Assembly: GCA_965200315.1 (NCBI GenBank)
Contig: OZ241362.1
Span: forward strand, 480,001 to 544,000
DNA length: 64,000 nucleotides
Direction of reading: 5' to 3'
Source: Candidatus Latescibacterota bacterium
GTDB lineage: Bacteria > Latescibacterota > UBA2968 > UBA8231
Part shown: positions 59,638 to 64,000 of the stretch, in pieces
How the letters are laid out: every line of letters begins with the position of its first letter
Numbering within the stretch: position 1 is the first letter of the stretch
Position numbers and translations under genes: made by a program
The notes under the pieces: model-generated
Seen by the model: only the letters and a program-made list of their open reading frames with translations
Databases searched by the model: none
What the model was told of the DNA's origin: nothing

Positions 59638-59666
59638 TTGACGCGGCGCTACTCCTTATGTATAAT
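59638..59666 (+). promoter_or_regulatory. Near-consensus sigma70 promoter of the sigma factor/tRNA-Tyr unit
   Basis: TTGACG-17 bp-TATAAT. Confidence 0.8.
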
Positions 59667-59775
59667 CAGTTAGTTTCGCCGATACTTATGCTACGCTCAC
59701 CAGATGCACTAGGCATTTAATGCTGTGGCGAGGAGCAAAAACCTGACGGGTAGGTAGCCCGTTTGTACGTCAAAA

Positions 59776-60636
59776 ATGAGAGGCTCTATGCATAATCTGC
59801 ACGACGAAGAAAACACCCTGAGACTCTATTTCGACGATATTGCTGAGTCCACGCCCCTTTCGAGAGAACGCGAAGTAGAACTAGCCGATCGCATCAAAAA
59901 TGGCGATATGCACGCCCGCGAAGAAATGATCAGTGCCAATTTGCGGTTTGTCGTCGATGTGGCTAAGAAGTACCAAAACCGCGGATTATCCCTATCCGAC
60001 CTGATTAGCGCCGGCAATCTCGGCCTCATCACGGCGGCCGACCGCTTCGATGGGACCAAGGGCTATAAGTTCATTTCATACGCGGTTTGGTGGATCCGCC
60101 AGTCCATTCTCCAAACCCTCGCCGAGCACGTGCGCACCGTGCGCCTTCCTCTCAACAAGGTCAGTTTGCTCAAGGATATTTCCAAGGCCTCGCGCAAATT
60201 GGGCCAACATCGCGCCAGTGAGCCTGACATAGAGGAAATCGCCGCTGAACTCGAAGTCCCGGCCGAAGAGGTTCTAGAGACCATCCTCAGCGCCCGCGCC
60301 GTGTGTTCGCTCGACGAGTCCTTTACCGACGACGACGAGCGCAGCCTGCTCAACACCTTGGCCGACAATACAGCCGCTGCCCCAGACGCCGAGATTTTGA
60401 GCGAATCGGCCCGGGAGCAGCTCGAGACGGCTTTGGAAACCCTCGAGGAGCGCGAATTGCGCATTATTAGGCTCTATTTTGGCCTCGACGGCAACGAAGC
60501 CCTGACGCTCGAGGAAATCGGCGACATGATGAATCTCACGCGCGAGCGCATCCGCCAGCTCAAAGAGCGGGCGCTCAGCAAGCTGCGCCATCCTTCGCGG
60601 CATCAAGTGCTTAAAACGCTGGCTAGCGGCACCTGA
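59776..60636 (+). CDS. RNA polymerase sigma factor, RpoD/SigA family lacking region 1.1
   Basis: ANLRFVV.VAKKY, DLI..GN.GL, KFISYAVWWIRQ, TLEEIG....LTRERIRQ. Confidence 0.93.
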   Translation: MRGSMHNLHDEENTLRLYFDDIAESTPLSREREVELADRIKNGDMHAREEMISANLRFVVDVAKKYQNRGLSLSDLISAGNLGLITAADRFDGTKGYKFISYAVWWIRQSILQTLAEHVRTVRLPLNKVSLLKDISKASRKLGQHRASEPDIEEIAAELEVPAEEVLETILSARAVCSLDESFTDDDERSLLNTLADNTAAAPDAEILSESAREQLETALETLEERELRIIRLYFGLDGNEALTLEEIGDMMNLTRERIRQLKERALSKLRHPSRHQVLKTLASGT

Positions 60637-60652
60637 GATTCTATCGAACGAA

Positions 60653-60738
60653 GGGGGGATACCGAAGTGGTCAAACGGGGCAGACTGTAAATCTGTTGGC
60701 TTATGCCTTCGCAGGTTCAAATCCTGCTCCCCCCACCA
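60653..60738 (+). tRNA. tRNA-Tyr(GTA)
   Basis: GGGGGGA...TCCCCCC-A-CCA, anticodon arm CAGA-CTGTAAA-TCTG, long variable arm. Confidence 0.96.
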
Positions 60739-60746
60739 CTAATACT

Positions 60747-60782
60747 GAAAAGGCCGTTTCCCTAGGAACGGCCTTTTCTTTT
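60747..60782. terminator. Bidirectional intrinsic terminator
   Basis: GAAAAGGCCGTTTC-CCTA-GGAACGGCCTTTTCTTTT. Confidence 0.85.
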
Positions 60783-60787
60783 GCGTC

Positions 60788-61918
60788 CTATTGTCCCTCT
60801 TCCACGATCCGTTCCAACTCCAAGCTCAAAGCGTCAGCCAGTAAAAACCCCGCCCGGGTTAAATGCAATCTCTGGTCTTCGAGCGCGGCGTATCCAACTT
60901 TCTCCAGTTCGGCAAAGCGCCTGCTACTCTGCACACGACTGACCTCTTCCTCGGTCAAGGCAACCCCCTCTATGGTGCGTAAACCCAGCCACAGACGTTC
61001 CCTGCGGGCCGTGTCCAAGGCGATGGTCTCCCTCCCTGCGCACGGCGACCGGCCTTGGCCCATAGCGTCGAAATAGGCATTGAGATCTCGTGTATTCCAA
61101 AATCGCTTCCCAGCGATGAAGCTATGGCCCCCGAGCCCAACACCTAAGTAAGGAACCCCCGTCCAGTAGCCCCAGTTGTGGCGCGAGCGGTACCCAAGAC
61201 GGGCGTAGTTTGAAATCTCGTAGTGTTCATAGCCAACCCCTACCAACTGCGCGTCGGTCCATGCTAAGATGCGAGCCTGCCTATCGTCTGCGACGGGCTC
61301 CAGCAGACCCTGACGCTGCCGTTGGGCGAAGATCGTGCCTTCTTCAATGGTGAGGCCATAGACCGAAAGGTGCTCTGGCAACAAGGCGATCGCCCGCTCG
61401 ACGCTAAAGCGCCAATCGGCCTCTGAGCCTCCAGGTACATTGGCCACCAAATCCAAGCTCACGTTGGCAAAACCGGCCGCTCTGGCCGCTGCATACGCCC
61501 TTTCGACATCGGCTGCGCTATGTTGCCGGCCCAAGTGACGCAAATCGGCATCGCGAAAAGCCTGCGCACCAATGCTGATGCGATTGCACCCCAGCGCCTT
61601 TAGCACGACGAATTTTTCGCGATCAACCGTTCCAGGATTGACTTCAACGGAAATTTCCGCGTCTGAGTGTAGCCCCAAATGCCGCTGAGCGGCCTCGAGC
61701 ATCTGCCCAATGAGCACCGGCTCAATTTGGCTGGGGGTGCCTCCGCCCAAGAACACGGTCTCCACCGGCCCTGATAAATGAGCCCAAGACTCAATTTCTC
61801 GGCAGATCGCTTCGGCATATAGGCCGTGGCGGTCTTCTTGGCCAACAACCGTAGCAAAGGCGCAGTAAGGGCAACGTTGGGGACAAAACGGCACGTGGAT
61901 ATAGAGACCCAACGCCAT
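60788..61918 (-). CDS. hemW: Radical SAM heme chaperone HemW
   Basis: LYIHVPFCPQRCPYCAF, GGGTPS, EHYEISNY, SRHN. Confidence 0.9.
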   Translation of the reverse strand: MALGLYIHVPFCPQRCPYCAFATVVGQEDRHGLYAEAICREIESWAHLSGPVETVFLGGGTPSQIEPVLIGQMLEAAQRHLGLHSDAEISVEVNPGTVDREKFVVLKALGCNRISIGAQAFRDADLRHLGRQHSAADVERAYAAARAAGFANVSLDLVANVPGGSEADWRFSVERAIALLPEHLSVYGLTIEEGTIFAQRQRQGLLEPVADDRQARILAWTDAQLVGVGYEHYEISNYARLGYRSRHNWGYWTGVPYLGVGLGGHSFIAGKRFWNTRDLNAYFDAMGQGRSPCAGRETIALDTARRERLWLGLRTIEGVALTEEEVSRVQSSRRFAELEKVGYAALEDQRLHLTRAGFLLADALSLELERIVEEGQ

Positions 61919-61977
61919 TATTTACTTTTTCGGGATTAGGATACGCAGGATCGGCCAGTACGCCTCTTGCTCATAAA

Positions 61978-63774
61978 TTAGGCTTCCATCTTGAGCGCGG
62001 CCAAAAACGCTTCCTGGGGAATTTCCACTTTCCCAAACTGCTTCATGCGCTTCTTGCCTTCCTTCTGCCTTTCGAGCAATTTGCGTTTGCGGGTCACATC
62101 ACCGCCGTAGCACTTGGCGGTCACATTTTTGCGGAACGGCTTGACCACTTCGCGAGCGATAACCTTACTCCCGACTGCCCCTTGGATGACCACCTCGAAC
62201 ATCTGCCGTGGAATCATCTCCTTGAGCTTAGTACAGAGCTGCCGGCCCCACTCATAGGCCTTGTCGCGATGGATGATCACTGAGAGCGCGTCCAACGGCT
62301 CACCATTAATCATGATGTCGAGCCTAGACAGTAAGCCGGTCCGCATCTCCAGATGCTCGTAATCGAATGACGCATAGCCTCGCGACACCGACTTGAGGCG
62401 GTCGTAGAAGTCAATCACTACTTCGGCCAAAGGCATCTCAAAGCTCAGGATCGCCCGGCTGCCGTCGAGATACTCGGTATTGCGGTAGCTCCCGCGCCGG
62501 TCGGTGCAGATTTTCATCACTCCGCCAATGTAATCCCTCGGCACCAAGATCTGGACGGCGAGAATCGGCTCGCGCACCTCGTCAATCTCAGCAACAGGCG
62601 GCAGCAAAGAGGGATTGTCAACATCGATTAGTTCCCCATCCTTGGTCAGAATCTCGTAGAGCACATTGGGGAGGGTCGTGATGATTTCGACCTGGTACTC
62701 GCGGTCGAGTCGCTCCTGTACGATCTCCATGTGCAGCAAGCCTAGGAAGCCGCAGCGAAAGCCAAATCCCAACGCTGGCGAGGTCTCCGGCTCATAGGAA
62801 AATGCGGCGTCGTTGAGCTTGAGCCGCTCTAAAGCGTCCCGCAGCACCTCGTATTCCTCTGGGACAACAGGATAAAGGCCGCTGAAAACCATGGGTTTCA
62901 GCGGTTGATAGCCAGGCAACGGCTTTACTTCCGCCTCTGCATCAACGACCGTGTCACCGACATGGGCCTCGGCTAGTTCTTTAATTCCAGCGATGAAATA
63001 GCCCACTTCGCCAGTCTCAAGTGCTTGAGCTGGCACCCGGTTTAAGACCAAGTGGCCGACTTCTTCGACTTCGTAGAGACGGCCGGTGGAGTAGAAGCGA
63101 ATTTTCTGTCCCTTGTGGATGCGTCCATCAACGACTCGGATAAAGCAAATTACGCCGCGGTACTGGTCGTAGAGCGAGTCAAAAACCAGTGCTCGCAACG
63201 GCCCCTGTTGCTGCCCGGTCGGCGGTGGTACGCGATCGACAATAGCTTCCATCACCCCCTCAACCCCAATCCCCTCTTTGGCACTGATTTGCAAAATATC
63301 CTCGGCTTCACCCCCCAGCAGATCGAGCACCTGTTGCTGCACCGCTACGGCCTGAGCCGCGGGCATATCGATCTTGTTGAGCACTGGGATGACGACCAAG
63401 TCGCTGTTTAGCGCCAGCAACAAATTGCTCACGGTCTGGGCTTCCACGCCCTGTGTGGCATCGACGACCAAAATCGCTCCTTCGCAGGCGGCCAAACTAC
63501 GCGACACCTCATAGGTAAAATCCACGTGTCCCGGCGTGTCGATTAAGTTGAATTGGTATATTCTACCGTCGACCACCTGATAGTGCATTCGCACGGCGTG
63601 GGCCTTGATTGTAATGCCCCGCTCGCGCTCTAAATCCATGCTGTCGAGTACCTGCTCCTGCATCTGCTTGGTTGTCAGGGTCGCAGTTTTTTCAAGCAGG
63701 CGGTCCGCTAGCGTTGATTTGCCGTGATCGATGTGGGCAATGATGGAGAAATTGCGAATCTGTGCTATATCCAT
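61978..63774 (-). CDS. lepA: Translation elongation factor 4 (LepA)
   Basis: IRNFSIIAHIDHGKST, ERERGITIK, GFRCGFLGLLH, KCYGGD.TRKRKLL. Confidence 0.98.
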   Translation of the reverse strand: MDIAQIRNFSIIAHIDHGKSTLADRLLEKTATLTTKQMQEQVLDSMDLERERGITIKAHAVRMHYQVVDGRIYQFNLIDTPGHVDFTYEVSRSLAACEGAILVVDATQGVEAQTVSNLLLALNSDLVVIPVLNKIDMPAAQAVAVQQQVLDLLGGEAEDILQISAKEGIGVEGVMEAIVDRVPPPTGQQQGPLRALVFDSLYDQYRGVICFIRVVDGRIHKGQKIRFYSTGRLYEVEEVGHLVLNRVPAQALETGEVGYFIAGIKELAEAHVGDTVVDAEAEVKPLPGYQPLKPMVFSGLYPVVPEEYEVLRDALERLKLNDAAFSYEPETSPALGFGFRCGFLGLLHMEIVQERLDREYQVEIITTLPNVLYEILTKDGELIDVDNPSLLPPVAEIDEVREPILAVQILVPRDYIGGVMKICTDRRGSYRNTEYLDGSRAILSFEMPLAEVVIDFYDRLKSVSRGYASFDYEHLEMRTGLLSRLDIMINGEPLDALSVIIHRDKAYEWGRQLCTKLKEMIPRQMFEVVIQGAVGSKVIAREVVKPFRKNVTAKCYGGDVTRKRKLLERQKEGKKRMKQFGKVEIPQEAFLAALKMEA

Positions 63775-63815
63775 ACAGTTGTTGGTAAGGTTAGTGCGAA
63801 GGACTCGGCAAGTAG

Positions 63816-64000
63816 TCAGGATATGCGCTGGCGATATAGGCTTTCGTCGACCACGCTAGCCATTTGCCGCGCATCTAAGGGAAGGGCGAGAAAATCCTTG
63901 ATCTCGTGGCTTGTGGCCAGCGGGTTGCTCAAAACAGCGGAGTAGTTGACATAGAGCACCTCCATTTGCGGGTGCTTGGCCAACCACTGTTGCACTGCAC
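63816..64000 (-). CDS. Partial CDS (C-terminus), sulfotransferase-family-like
   Basis: ...WLAKHPQMEVLYVNYSAVLSNP...IKDFL..PLD..QMASVVDESLYRQRIS*. Confidence 0.6.
   Translation of the reverse strand, partial: AVQQWLAKHPQMEVLYVNYSAVLSNPLATSHEIKDFLALPLDARQMASVVDESLYRQRIS

Noticed and set aside
3140-63945. Numerous long antisense/alternate-frame ORFs (e.g. 55111-56088, 21141-21935, 7115-7873)
   Set aside because: These are shadow ORFs expected in GC-rich coding DNA; they overlap well-supported genes and carry no recognisable motifs.

Overview
This is a GC-rich bacterial chromosomal window, roughly 60% GC by eye. The gene content (FlgD-Ig-tailed secreted protein, CRTAC1/ASPIC protein, several PhyH, enolase and Gfo/Idh/MocA enzymes) resembles Candidatus Latescibacterota-type genomes; that assignment is inference. 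Core content: smpB, four tRNAs (Leu-CAG, Arg-CCT, Lys-TTT, Tyr-GTA), a complete alternative complex III plus caa3 oxidase operon (3.2-15.5 kb), argG, mdh, a sigma70 factor, hemW and lepA. The most notable region is a ~20 kb minus-strand catabolic gene run (44.2->24.4 kb) with defence-type genes interleaved. These are a C5-cytosine MTase plus GIY-YIG nuclease pair preceded by a 153-bp IS5-like MITE, an MNT-HEPN pair with a frameshifted toxin, and an 8.8-kb DndFGH/Mad6-7-8-like three-gene module (P-loop protein, DndG-like protein, 1666-aa PD-(D/E)xK + HerA/FtsK ATPase). That module has no adjacent modification genes or integrase and is bracketed by a 64-bp duplication of an enolase-family gene segment. 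Other observations: a divergent ExbB/ExbD-like motor pair without the canonical TM aspartate, a chimeric antitoxin with a decayed VapC, and an apparent window-wide loss of CCWGG with an excess of its m5C-deamination products. All family calls come from motif recognition only; no database searches were run.
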